Under the pieces are notes generated by a model that was not told the DNA's origin, made no database searches, and worked only from the letters and a program-made list of their open reading frames with translations. The position numbers and the translations under genes were made by a program. 64,000 bases of DNA from the NCBI GenBank assembly GCA_028023455.1, contig JAQFVV010000003.1, forward strand, positions 7,812,001 through 7,876,000. Reading direction: 5' to 3'. Numbering within the stretch: the first letter of the stretch is position 1; every line of letters begins with the position of its first letter. This stretch comes from Epiperipatus broadwayi (Eukaryota > Animalia > Onychophora). Shown here piece after piece: positions 1 to 10,530 of the stretch.

Positions 1-412
1 TCATCTCCCTTTTTAGTAGTAGTTTTATCTTATTGATGATACAATCTTTCTTAAGATGTTGATTTATAATGTTGAGACTTTTATTTTTTTCTAATTTTCC
101 TTGCCAATTCCCAGTTATATTTCTTCACATTATTCTTTTTCAAACCATTTTATAAAACTCAAAATATTCAATTTTTTAAATGGCTCATTTTAAAATATTT
201 TCAATATTCTTTCTTTTCTTCATTTATGGGTAAATTGTTGCCTTTTTAAACTAATAAACCTCACATGATCACCATTTCTTATGCTTGCTTATAACTGTTT
301 TAAAACAGTCAAAACTCTCTATACGTATTGCCACTCAGTTCAAGCCAGAGTAATCAATGGATGCCAGAAGGCTTGTGCATAAAATCCTCATCTAGTATCT
401 ACTCATCCAATA

Positions 413-453
413 TCCCAGACTAATTTCTGACTTGTGGCCTTCATCAGTGAGAA
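413..453 (-). ncRNA. Minimal type I hammerhead ribozyme motif (opposite arm of copy 1)
   Basis: Reverse complement reads ttctca CTGATGA aggc cacaa gtca GAAA ttagtc^tggga. Confidence 0.55.
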
Positions 454-818
454 GCCTTGGATCTGAGAGCACTGCACCTAGATTTTAGGATCTAATGCAA
501 CCCTCCAGCAGTCACCTTTTTTCTCTACTTTACTACAAAACTATGAGTCTTAAATTGAAAACACTATAATATTTTCAATCCAAGCTCAGTAGCCTATATA
601 GTCATAGATCTGAACTCAGTTCAAAATGTATAAAATGAATAGGTACTGAACTGAGTGCAGACCTATATGACTATATAGGCTACTGAGCTTGGATTGAAAA
701 TATTATAGTGTTTTCAATTTAAGACTTGTAGTTTTGTAGTAAAGTAGAGAAAAAAGGTGACTGCTGGAGGGTTGCATTAGATCCTAAGATCTAGGTGCAG
801 TACTTTCAGATCCAAGAC

Positions 819-859
819 TCCTCACTGATGAAGGCCACAAGCCAGAAACTAGTCGGGGA
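819..859 (+). ncRNA. Minimal type I hammerhead ribozyme motif
   Basis: tcctca CTGATGA a ggc cacaa gcc a GAAA ctagtc^gggga: conserved core, 3-bp stem II, self-complementary ACTAGT stem III and GUC triplet; predicted cut after 854. The A.A mismatch closing stem II and the missing T at stem I position 1.1 may reduce activity. Confidence 0.65.
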
Positions 860-969
860 TATTGGATGAATAGGCACTAGATGGTGATTTTATGCACAAA
901 CCTTGTGGCATCCATTGATTACTCTGGCTTGCACTGACTGGCAAAATAGAGAGTTTTGCCTGTTTTAAT

Positions 970-1750
970 AACTTTTTAAACTAGACATCTTTATTGTGGC
1001 TCTTAATAGAATACCAGTTATCATCTTATTAATCTTGATTATATCAGAAACATCTTCAAAGTCTATTTATATTTTTAAATGATCAACAAATTCTAATTTA
1101 AATTATTTATAGTGTTTCAGAAGGTTAGAAATATTATTTATTAATATTGTCTTTCTTAATAATTTTCATCTATATAGGTTTGTATTGATACATATCTTAT
1201 ATCTCACTGATCAATGATAACTTCTGTTTTCAGTTTATTAAGAGCATTACAATCTTGAAATCTGCTATAACATTATTTGAATATTTCCAGGTTCATTTCC
1301 ATTTAGTATTTCTCTTAAAGAAAGAATTTATAATAAATAGTTTTTATTTTTATTTTTGCAAATTGCACAAGTGTATGTTCTCTCTTGTTTCTGATAATAT
1401 AATCAAATTTACCCACAGCATTTTCAACTTTTCGTTATTTAGCAATTCTAGAATTAACATCTCCAGTAATGATTTTAAAATGTTATTTTGTCTAATCAAA
1501 AGCATTTTGTGCATTATATAAAAATCCTCTATTTTTCTATCACAATAAAAACTTGTTGTGGTGTAAATCTAAATTATCTGCATTTCATGTCTTTCACTAA
1601 ATTGAATAACTAATCTTGCCATTCTCTCTGATATACCATCAATCTCCACAATATTGTTCTTTCACTTTTTATTTGTACACTTTTTAAAATAATATTTTCA
1701 TCTTTTAACTTCACAAAATTCAATAAAGTCTCATATATTATAATATTAGA
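970..1750 (-). mobile_element. Degraded RTE-like LINE (AP endonuclease region); probably continues at 1-250 on the other side of the fold-back
   Basis: Minus-strand translation gives II*IYTTTS (~1551-1578), KIITGDVNSRIA (~1440-1477) and ENAVGKFD (~1402-1425), in the order of the APE motifs IQIYAPT / IMGDFNAKIG / VGKFG. Many stops. Confidence 0.55.
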
Positions 1751-2249
1751 CAGTTATAATTTTTCTATACTTGAAAGTGGTTTGCAGTTATAAGTATCTA
1801 AATAAAAAAATTACAAATGGTAGCTTAAAGCCTTACAATAGGAGATTCTTAGCATCTTTTGCCTTTAGTCTTAGATTATGGCTTTATGACCCCTGGAAAT
1901 AAGGTCATTTCTCATTATTATAAATATATGCTTGAAAATTATTCACACATATATTCATTCTGCCTTCAAGAAATTTCATCTGATAATTTATTTAAGAATT
2001 ACCAGGTAACTAAGAAGAAAGATTATGTTGTTTTTTCATCTTAAAAATCAGAGATAAAAAAATGCATTTTGGTGACCATCCATGCATATTCGTTTATCAT
2101 ATAAACAATCACATAGTATTGACAAGAATGTGTGGAGTGAACATCTGGAATTTTCCATACTCAATTCCTTTTAGGTGTCAAAAAGAAATTGAAGATCTTC
2201 TTTCAGTTAACTGCAAACTTTTGCTGTTATTGTAAAAACATACAGAATA

Positions 2250-2450
2250 TTATTTATAGTGTTGTTTCTTAAACTACAATTTTTTTCCTTTGCCTCTACC
2301 TTCTTTTTTCATTGCTATATAATTATAAGAACTGAGGATGAAAAGAACAAAAAAATAGAGTTCAGGAAACAAAAATCATGTATTTATATAATAATCTGTA
2401 AATCATTACCAGTAATTTGTAATGTTACATTGGTAAGAGTTGTGATCAAC
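2250..2450 (+). mobile_element. Possible Penelope-like GIY-YIG endonuclease relic
   Basis: CIYIIICKS...CN followed, after a frameshift, by YIGKS (tacattggtaagagt, ~2428-2442). Directly adjacent to fold-back copy 2. Short and degenerate. Confidence 0.3.
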
Positions 2451-3740
2451 AAAACATCACATGATCTTAGTTTACATTAGCAAATTCTTTTAGGCTCCCT
2501 ACTCTATTCCATCTTGAGTAAACTTTAATACTCAATAGATACTGATATGATAGTGCTTATTAAATCCTTATTCAATGCTGTCCTATCCAAATATCCCCAG
2601 ACTAGTTTCTAGCTTATGGCTCTCATTATTGAGGAGATTTTTGGATTTTTTTTTAACATTGCATTTTGATCTTTTGAATTTAATCCATCCTTCTATCTAT
2701 CAAATTACCATTCCAAATTGTAAAACTTTTTAATTCTTTCAATCCAAATCTATTTGTTTGTATAGTTATATAGATCTGAAACCAGTTTACTTTCTATATA
2801 TTATGGTGATCTTAGTTTTTTTTTATACCCAAAATCTATATAACTATGCAAGCCAATAGACTTGGATTTAAAAAAATTAATTGGACTGATAGCTTGATAG
2901 TATAACTGCTATGTACTGATTGGTTTGTGTATTTATTAATAAAGGGGTGTGTGTGAACAAGACTGGTGAATACAAGCAATGTTGTCACTCTAGAAATAAT
3001 GATATGCAGAAAAGTAAAATTAAGCCAATTGAAAGTAACCTATATATTCTAATCTGCATATATTAGCAGAATTGTTCAAATGCTTGCAGAACTTGTAATG
3101 AGGGGAGGAAAAAGCAGACTAAATGTTACTAATAGAACAGAATAAATGTAGTTTAATATATGCAATGTAGAAGATGCAGTTGCAGACCAGATAGCACAAA
3201 AGAAAAGAAATGCAGTCAAATCCAATTAGACTGACTCAAGATCCAAGTGAGCAGTAAGGTTCTTAGTAAAGTAATGTACAAAGCTACAGAATTAAAATGA
3301 TAAACTTTGAATAAAGTGAATAAATATTAAAAGAGGGACTTGTAATAAAGTGTGAAAATGGAGTCTAAGTTTATATATGAACTAACTATTCAGTAATTAA
3401 TATTATTTGTTGAGTTCAACCAATCATTTTCCAGTTGAACATACTAATCTATTACTAACTTATACATTAATCTGTGTAAATAAACTCATTAAGTTATTAA
3501 AAATTTTGGTGTGTTAAATTTAAAATATAATTATTAAATGTAAGGCTGCTTAGATCATACTCTGGCCTCATACATATTAACAAAAAGAAAAAATTGCATG
3601 CTGGATGGAAAGGTGCATTAGATCCAAAAAATACAAGTGCAATGTTTAAAAAAAAAAAATCCAAAAAGCTGTACACTAATGAAATCCTTAAGCTAGACAC
3701 TAATATAGAGATAGTTGGATAGGACAGCACTAGATAAGTA
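2450..3740. mobile_element. Older, degenerate copy 2 of the hammerhead fold-back family, right arm interrupted by about 700 bp of inserted sequence
   Basis: 2570-2700 is an inverted repeat of 3590-3735. The central hairpin 2735-2875 resembles the centre of copy 1. Decayed hammerheads at 2594-2635 (-; tcctca ataatga gagc cataa gcta gaaa ctagtc tgggga) and about 3670-3712 (+). Confidence 0.7.
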
Positions 3741-5398
3741 TTTAATAAACACTACCATCTATTGAAGTACTAAAACACGAGATGGCAAAAAAAGTTGAGA
3801 GAATAAAAGAATTTGCTAAAAAAACTTTTCTCCTTTAAATAATAATATTTGTGTAATAAAATCTTTTTCATTCTTATTTATATACCTAGAACATACACTT
3901 GTTTCAATATTATTCTTGTTTAGCTGCTAATTGTTCAGTTAGTAATATTTTTAGTTAATATTAACTTGATATAATCAAATTACTTACAAAACTAGATAAG
4001 TTTCCTCTCTTATAAGATAAATTCAGGCTACAGAAAAATAAAGATGTAAATGGATCTTCATAATAATAATTTATAATACTATGAATTCATTTTGGCCATG
4101 TGTTACATCAGAGAGAACTAATTTTTTTAATATCACAATTAGTCTCAATATGACTGGGATTTATTTAATAAAAATGATTCTTAAGAATCAACTTATAAAC
4201 AACAACTAATCAGTGACTTAATTTAGCAAATATTAGTCTCAATTGGTGTTTTATTATAGATTGCGCATCTTTTAATTTTTTCCTTCATGAGAATGGGATG
4301 AGGTTTGTCTATGAATTCTTACCTTTGAGAAAAAAAAAACTTTATATAATTAGTGTATTCTAATAAGTATGATGTTATTGATAGCTAGCAATTACCTATA
4401 AAAAGAATCTGCAATAATAAAATGAAAATAGTAATATTGTAAAACAGTAATAATGAAAAAATAATAATTTTAAACCTTTTCAGCTACTTCATGGATTATA
4501 TTTAAAAACAAATTGAGGGAATACACCTGATATCTTCTATCCAGTCAAAAACATCCTGCTAAAATGATCATTATAAATATATATATATATAGCTTAATCA
4601 ATTATGTATTTTATTATATTATAGAGTTGATACTTAAAAATATGCAAGTTGTGCAATGAAGCACCCTCTACTGAGCTAATGTGAAATGAGATTAGATGAT
4701 ATATAATACCTAACTTCTAAATTGTAAACTATGAGAGCAAAATAAGATGCTGGATTACTCTGATTTAGTAATGCTTAATGATTTTTACAGTTAATAAAAG
4801 TTTTTTTTTTTTTAAATTAACATAAATAATTTAGTAGTGTTAATACTAGCATAATTTTTTTTTTAAGTCTTTCAGCAAACTATATTATAAGTAAGAATAG
4901 TCTGAATGATGTGATAGAAAATAGCTTTTCATTAAATTTAATCAGCAGCTTTTGTGCATAGCCTACAAACACAGAATCTGTTGACCAGGTTAAACATTTC
5001 TTTCTTCAAAACCTTACCTACTACAATAAACTCATATGTCTTATTCCTTATTACTCATTTATTTCATTAGCCCTGGTTCATTTATTCCCCTCCTGTCCCA
5101 TTGTAATGAAAACTTTTTCAATAGTTCCACTATGTTCATACTCTCCAATTTAGTTATAAGACTTTAAAAAAAATATAAAATCTATACCTGTTTCATTTTC
5201 TCTGCTTTTAAATTTCTTCTTTATACAATTTATCGTGCAGTTCAAAGATATTCAATACTCCCCCATTTTTACATAAACTATCCAAATCCTTATTCCATTT
5301 TTGCTTTTTTGCCTTACAATTTAAAGCTTCTATTTTTGCATCAATTAACAATAAACTCCTTTTAATATTGTCATATATCCTTTCCTGTTTTATATTCT

Positions 5399-6027
5399 TG
5401 TCATAACTGACCTTGCCCTTAGAAGTGGACTATTCCTTGCCTGATTGGTTGGCACCGGTCACCATCCAATGGGGATAAATCCTTTGTTGGGGTTCGTGCA
5501 CATAATTGAGTATTTCCAGTAAGTTATGGGTTCTGCCATTAAATAGTCAGCCTTTTGGAGGCAAGGCAGAGAGCAATTGCTTCTGTCAACCTGAACGATT
5601 GAACATGCTTTCCAATAAACCTCTGTCATCAGCAAAGGTATTTTCTCTAGTCATTATCACAATGTCCACACAGTGAGGCAAGTTCATATATGGACTGGAA
5701 ATTGCTACATTGCAACTGACTTGAGGGAAGCTGTCTAAGTGCAGCTGGAAGAGTCTGAACTAGAGCCAACTCGAGGCAAGCTGTCTAGCACAGCCGGAAG
5801 AGTCTTACTTGAGCTCACAAGGCAGGCTACTTATATAGCTGGAAGTGAGTTCCATTACTCGGCATGGCTACCTCAGCATTAACTTGTATAAACCATATTT
5901 AGATATTTGATTAACTAACATGGATGTATATTTTTGTAACTAATAAATTGTACATAATAATTGTTGAGTAGTTTGTCATTTGTCTATTCGTTTGGAACCA
6001 AACCTGTAAACCAAGCCAAACAGAACA
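5399..6027 (+). repeat. 5' LTR
   Basis: Direct repeat of 8352-8977; internal repeated units gcaagctgtct...gctggaagagtc; TATA-like cttatatagctgg; AATAAA at 5614 and 5942. Confidence 0.9.
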
Positions 6028-7198
6028 GATCTGGCACAGTCAGACATTAGGAAAATTTTCCCCTCACGGCTGGAAAAATTATAGTAAAATATGCCAGTTT
6101 CAACAGATTTTTTCCCTCACAGCTGAAAAAATTTGAGTTGAACTTTTGGGGGGGGGGGGGATTACATTTGCCATACTTCCATTACAGTGATTTTTTTTGA
6201 AACCACATAAAATTGTCGAATAAAAAATTGATTGCAGAAGTATATGCATGTCAATTTGAAGCTACAACCTATCATAAGAGCTTTACTCGCAATAAACACT
6301 CACCCAAGTAGTTTAAAAGTTTCATTGAGATAATTACAACAACATAGTTGTAAAATAAAAAATTAAAAGTGGTAACTCTGAAAAAATAAAACTCGATTTT
6401 GAACAGCTACAAACAGTATTGCATAAATAATTATGAGCTGTATCTCACATAAATAAATAAATATGACTAATTCAAATCGACTCTATGGAAGCTTTTGACC
6501 CAGCTCAACCTGAGAGCTGGTAAAATTATATGGAGCACTTGATTTTTTATTTACAGGCTAACTGGATCAAAAAACCTGAGGTAAAGTTAGCCACATTAAT
6601 GACTATTATAGGTCTGCAGATATATAATATACTGAAGTCTCAATTTATGGCTGTAACCTCAGCTGAGCTGGATTTTGACAGAGTGTTTGAATTCTCACAA
6701 AGTATTTTTCCCCTAAATCCTTGACAATAATGCAGAGATATCATTTTAATCTCAGCATACAAGAATAGGGGGAAACAGCTAGAAAGTTTGCAACAAGAAT
6801 CCGAACATTAGCCTTGAAGTGTGATTTTAAAGACTTTATAAATGAAGCACTTTGTAATCGTTTTTATTTGTGGTATAAATGATCACAATTTGAGGTTGAA
6901 AATGTTGATAATTCTGGACCTAGATTTTGAGATAGTGGTAGCTCAGGCAAGACTAACAGAGACAATAGCTAGTCAAGATACCTCATTAAAAAGAATTACT
7001 AAGTATGAGGTGCAAAAAATTGAGCATAAGTAACACTGTGGTGCCCAAACACTCAGTCATCTCAGAGAACTTAGCATCGGATAGCCCAAGGCTTTGCTAT
7101 AGATGCAATGAATAAATGCACAGGCATACAGGATGCCCGTACCGCAATGCAACATGCATGTTTTATGAGTCAGACATATAAAGATTGCATGTCAGAAA

Positions 7199-7972
7199 TT
7201 GAAAAGACAAATGGTCAATTTGAGAATGGAAAGACCCATTCCAAAAAACAGTAAAGGCAATTATAAGAAAGCTAAGCAAGCTGCCTGTATAAATCATATC
7301 AAATACGACCAGTCTGGATTTATACCCACTGTTATAATTAATGATATGCCAGTTAAGATGGAACTTGACACAGGGTCAGCAGTGTCTATTGTTTCAAGAA
7401 AGACCTGGGTGATCATTAATAAAAAGAATAAATATAAACTGCACCCCAGCAGTAGATCAATATCAGATTATCAAGAGAATAAAATCAAACTGTTGGGTCA
7501 AATAACAGGAAAAATTTCTATACCTAACAATACTGTATACCTACCACTGGTAGCGGCATTAGGTAACCATAGTGATTTAATAGGCTGTGACTGGTTCATT
7601 CACTTAAGGTTCAAGGTGACAAAAGTGAATCAGATCACAACATTATCAAAGAGAAAATCTGATTACTCAGAAGTCTTCAACAAAAAGTTGATTAGGAATA
7701 TGGATAGAAGTTGGAATACTGGAATTGCCAGGATTCTGCTAGTGCAGCACTCCACACTGATCGCAACAACAGAGAAGACTCTAGCAGAACTGTTATTCAA
7801 CAGATCCTTAAGAACTATCCTATCAATCCTGAAACCTGATGCCAAACTTGAACAAGAAGAGAAAAACAAAATAAAACTTCAAATAGGTACACAAGCACTA
7901 TGCCATATGTATTATAGTTCCACAAAATGGATACCAGCAGTGGTGATTCAAATAAAGGGTCTATTCTGTTAA
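7199..7972 (+). pseudogene. Gypsy aspartic protease fused in frame to integrase C-terminus (deletion product)
   Basis: ORF 257 aa: MELDTGSAVS (protease), then YSEVF (the usual pre-RT motif) joined directly to KKLIRNMDRSWNTGIARILL...AELLFNR (end of integrase) near 7680. Confidence 0.8.
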
Positions 7973-8113
7973 TGTGCAAACAGAATATGGTCATCAACAT
8001 TACACAAGCACTATGCCATATGTATCATAGGTCAACAAAATGGATACCAGCAGTGGTGATTCAAATAAAGGGTCTATTCTGTTAATGTGCAAACAGAATA
8101 TGGTCATCAACAT
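7888..8113 (+). repeat. 113-bp tandem duplication inside the Gypsy element
   Basis: 7888-8000 is repeated at 8001-8113 with few substitutions. Confidence 0.9.
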
Positions 8114-8351
8114 CATCACCTTCTCAACCTGCTAAGACTCAACCACACAACAGAAAGCAGTAACTAATCTGGGACAAATACATCAAGTGAGAAAGATGAA
8201 CATCAAAGTCAAAGCAGCAGCAAACATTCATGAACAAGTTCATCAAGCAAAGAAGAAGAAGCCAGGGATCATTATGAATGGAAGCCACCACCAAAGTGGA
8301 TTATATGTCATCCAGTACATTTTGATGACTATGTTCTCCAGGGCTAGCGGA

Positions 8352-8977
8352 TGGATATCTGACCTTGCCCTTAGAAGTGGACTATTCCAGATTCCTTACC
8401 TGATTGGTTGGCACCCGGTTGCTATCCAATGGCAATAAATCCTTCACTGGGGTGTGCATACATAATCCGAGTGTTTCCAGTAAGTTAGGGGATCTGCCAT
8501 TAAATAGTCAGCCTTTTAGCAGCAAGACAGAGGGCAATTACTTCTGCCAACCTGAATGACTGAACATGCTCCCCAATAAATCCTCTGCCTTCAGCAAAGA
8601 TATTTTCTCTAGTCATTATCGCAATGTCCATACACAGACTGGAAACTACTACATCCACAACCGACTCAAGGCAAGCTGTCTAAGTGCAGCTGGAAGAGTC
8701 TGATCTAGAGCCGACTCGGGGCAAGCTGTCTGGCACAGCTGAAAGAGTTTTACTTCTTGAGTTCATGGGGCAGGCTACTTATATAGCTGGAAGTGAGTGC
8801 CATTACTTGGCATGACTACCTTAGCATTAATTGTATAAACCATATTTATATGTTTGATTAACTAACATGCATGTATATTTTTGTAACTAATAAATTATAC
8901 ATATTAATTGTTGAGTAGTTTATCATCATTTGTCTATTAGTTTGGTACTGAACCTGTAAACCAAGCCAAACACAACA
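8352..8977 (+). repeat. 3' LTR
   Basis: Direct repeat of 5399-6027, followed by TSD ATTCT. Confidence 0.9.
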
Positions 8978-9426
8978 ATTCTTTTTTATTCTTCTATTAC
9001 TACAAACTATTTTATTTTTTATACTCGCTATAAGTTCTAGAAACATCTATTATAAGCTTAAATAATCAGTAAGAATGGAATTAAATATCAGTTTCATTGA
9101 TAATATTATAATAAATAGCATTAGAGAAGTTGAGAGAGGAATCTAACCAAGTATTCTCATAATATGTATTATGTAGCATTTTATTTCATAATGATATCAT
9201 AAGATGCCTAAATTCTCTTAATTCATACATACACATATATATATTTATAATGATTATCTCTTTCATGCATATCTCAAATTTTTTTGTACAATTGTAAAGT
9301 AGGTGATAAATATTAATTACATATTTATATTATTCTAGCATTAATTTCTCTCTATTAAATACTTATCTGAGCCATAAATGAAAATGTATAATATGTCAGA
9401 GGAATATTGTTTGTTTTTCTCCACAG

Positions 9427-9518
9427 ATCTCTAGTACCACCGACTTATTTATTGGAATTCATGGTGCTGGCCTCACTCATTCTCTCTTTTTACCAGATTG
9501 GGGAGCTCTTTTTGAAGT
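9427..9518 (+). CDS. EOGT: EGF-domain O-GlcNAc transferase, penultimate coding exon
   Basis: Acceptor tttttctccacag, donor GT|gtaag. Translation [30 protein letters not shown](V) matches the GT61/EOGT motif [20 protein letters not shown]. Its phase-2 end fits the next exon. Confidence 0.93.
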
Positions 9519-10354
9519 GTAAGACTTTTATTATGATTTTTTTTTTTTTAGCATTCTAATATTGTTTTCTATGTTTGTTTGTTTTTATTATAACTATTGG
9601 ATCCATTCTAGATCAGTGAGTAATTTTCAGGTGTGATTATAAATCAGCTTTTGTAAATACAGTGTATTAAACAAAATTTTTTTTTTTTTAAATTTTCACA
9701 TTAAAAAAATTATGACAATAAATTGTTATATGTGAACTAAATGAGCTTTGATTGTACAATATATAAATATTCATCCTGAACTTATAATACAAATAAACAG
9801 CCAAAACCAAGACAGCTTTTTCATGTAATTAGAGTTTTTAGTGATGAACCACTAAATAACAGTTGCAAAAAGTTTTACTTGTGACACAATAGTTATCTTT
9901 AATATTAATAAAGATTTGCTATTATTTGTTGATTTTTTTAATACTTATAATACATAGCTTTAAGCTAAAAATATGTAACTGTAAAACCTATATGCTCTTA
10001 TTAATAGTTGAATGTACTTGTAAAGTTTAAATTTTTCTAAACCATTTAACAATTCTAAATGAAGAAAGTAATTCAACATATTATGACAAGTAAAATGACA
10101 TCATTATAAACTTTCAGACAAATGCTATATAAATAATAACTGCTATTGGTCTAAGGTTAATTTTTTTTTCTTTTAATATAATAATCTAATTTTTACATTC
10201 TAGAATCATATTATAATCAATAATTTTATGAGAATTTTTTTTTAAGTCAATCCTTACACATTATACCATAGCTACAAATATTTCAGTTACCATACTATCT
10301 CTAATCCTAGAATTTTTTGTTTTATTTATCAAATTTTGAATCCATCACTTTATA

Positions 10355-10530
10355 TCATCATCATCATAAACCACTATCAATCCACTGCAGGATGAAGGTC
10401 TCTCCAAGTTCAATCCATTTTCTCTGATCTTTAGCTTCTCTTCTCCGCATCACCCCTGCACCCTTAAATTATTTCATCCATCCATCCATCTCACATGTGG
10501 TCTCTTTCTGGGTCTTTTACAATCTCATCA
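10355..10530 (-). mobile_element. 3' end of an RTE-type LINE/SINE with (GAT)n tail
   Basis: (cat)n run followed by aaaccactatcaatccactgcaggatgaaggtctctcc, a typical reverse-strand RTE 3' terminus pattern; recognised by resemblance only. Confidence 0.5.

Larger units (their letters stand above)
255..970. mobile_element. Fold-back (long inverted-repeat) non-autonomous element with a hammerhead motif in each arm; probably derived from a Penelope-like element (copy 1)
   Basis: About 302-630 is the reverse complement of about 655-968 (e.g. aaaacagtcaaaactctct vs agagagttttgcctgtttt; caagctcagtagcctatatagtcata vs tatgactatataggctactgagcttg), with a spacer of about 25 nt. The left arm continues to about 255 with homology to the reverse complement of 33810-33855. 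It interrupts an older minus-strand LINE relic. Confidence 0.85.
5399..8977 (+). mobile_element. Ty3/Gypsy LTR retrotransposon, internally deleted (gag, protease and integrase C-terminus present; RT/RNase H absent)
   Basis: LTRs 5399-6027 and ~8352-8977 (TG...CA). 5-bp TSD ATTCT (5394-5398, 8978-8982). PBS-like tggcacagtcag at 6032-6043. Gag N-terminus (ESW*NYMEHLIFYLQAN), CCHC knuckles ~7090-7195, protease motif LDTGSAVSIV, integrase C-terminus (AELLFNRSLRT). Confidence 0.93.

Noticed and set aside
1-9426. Further upstream EOGT exons
   Set aside because: Searched by eye for the preceding conserved segment with suitable splice sites and found none; they probably lie outside the window.
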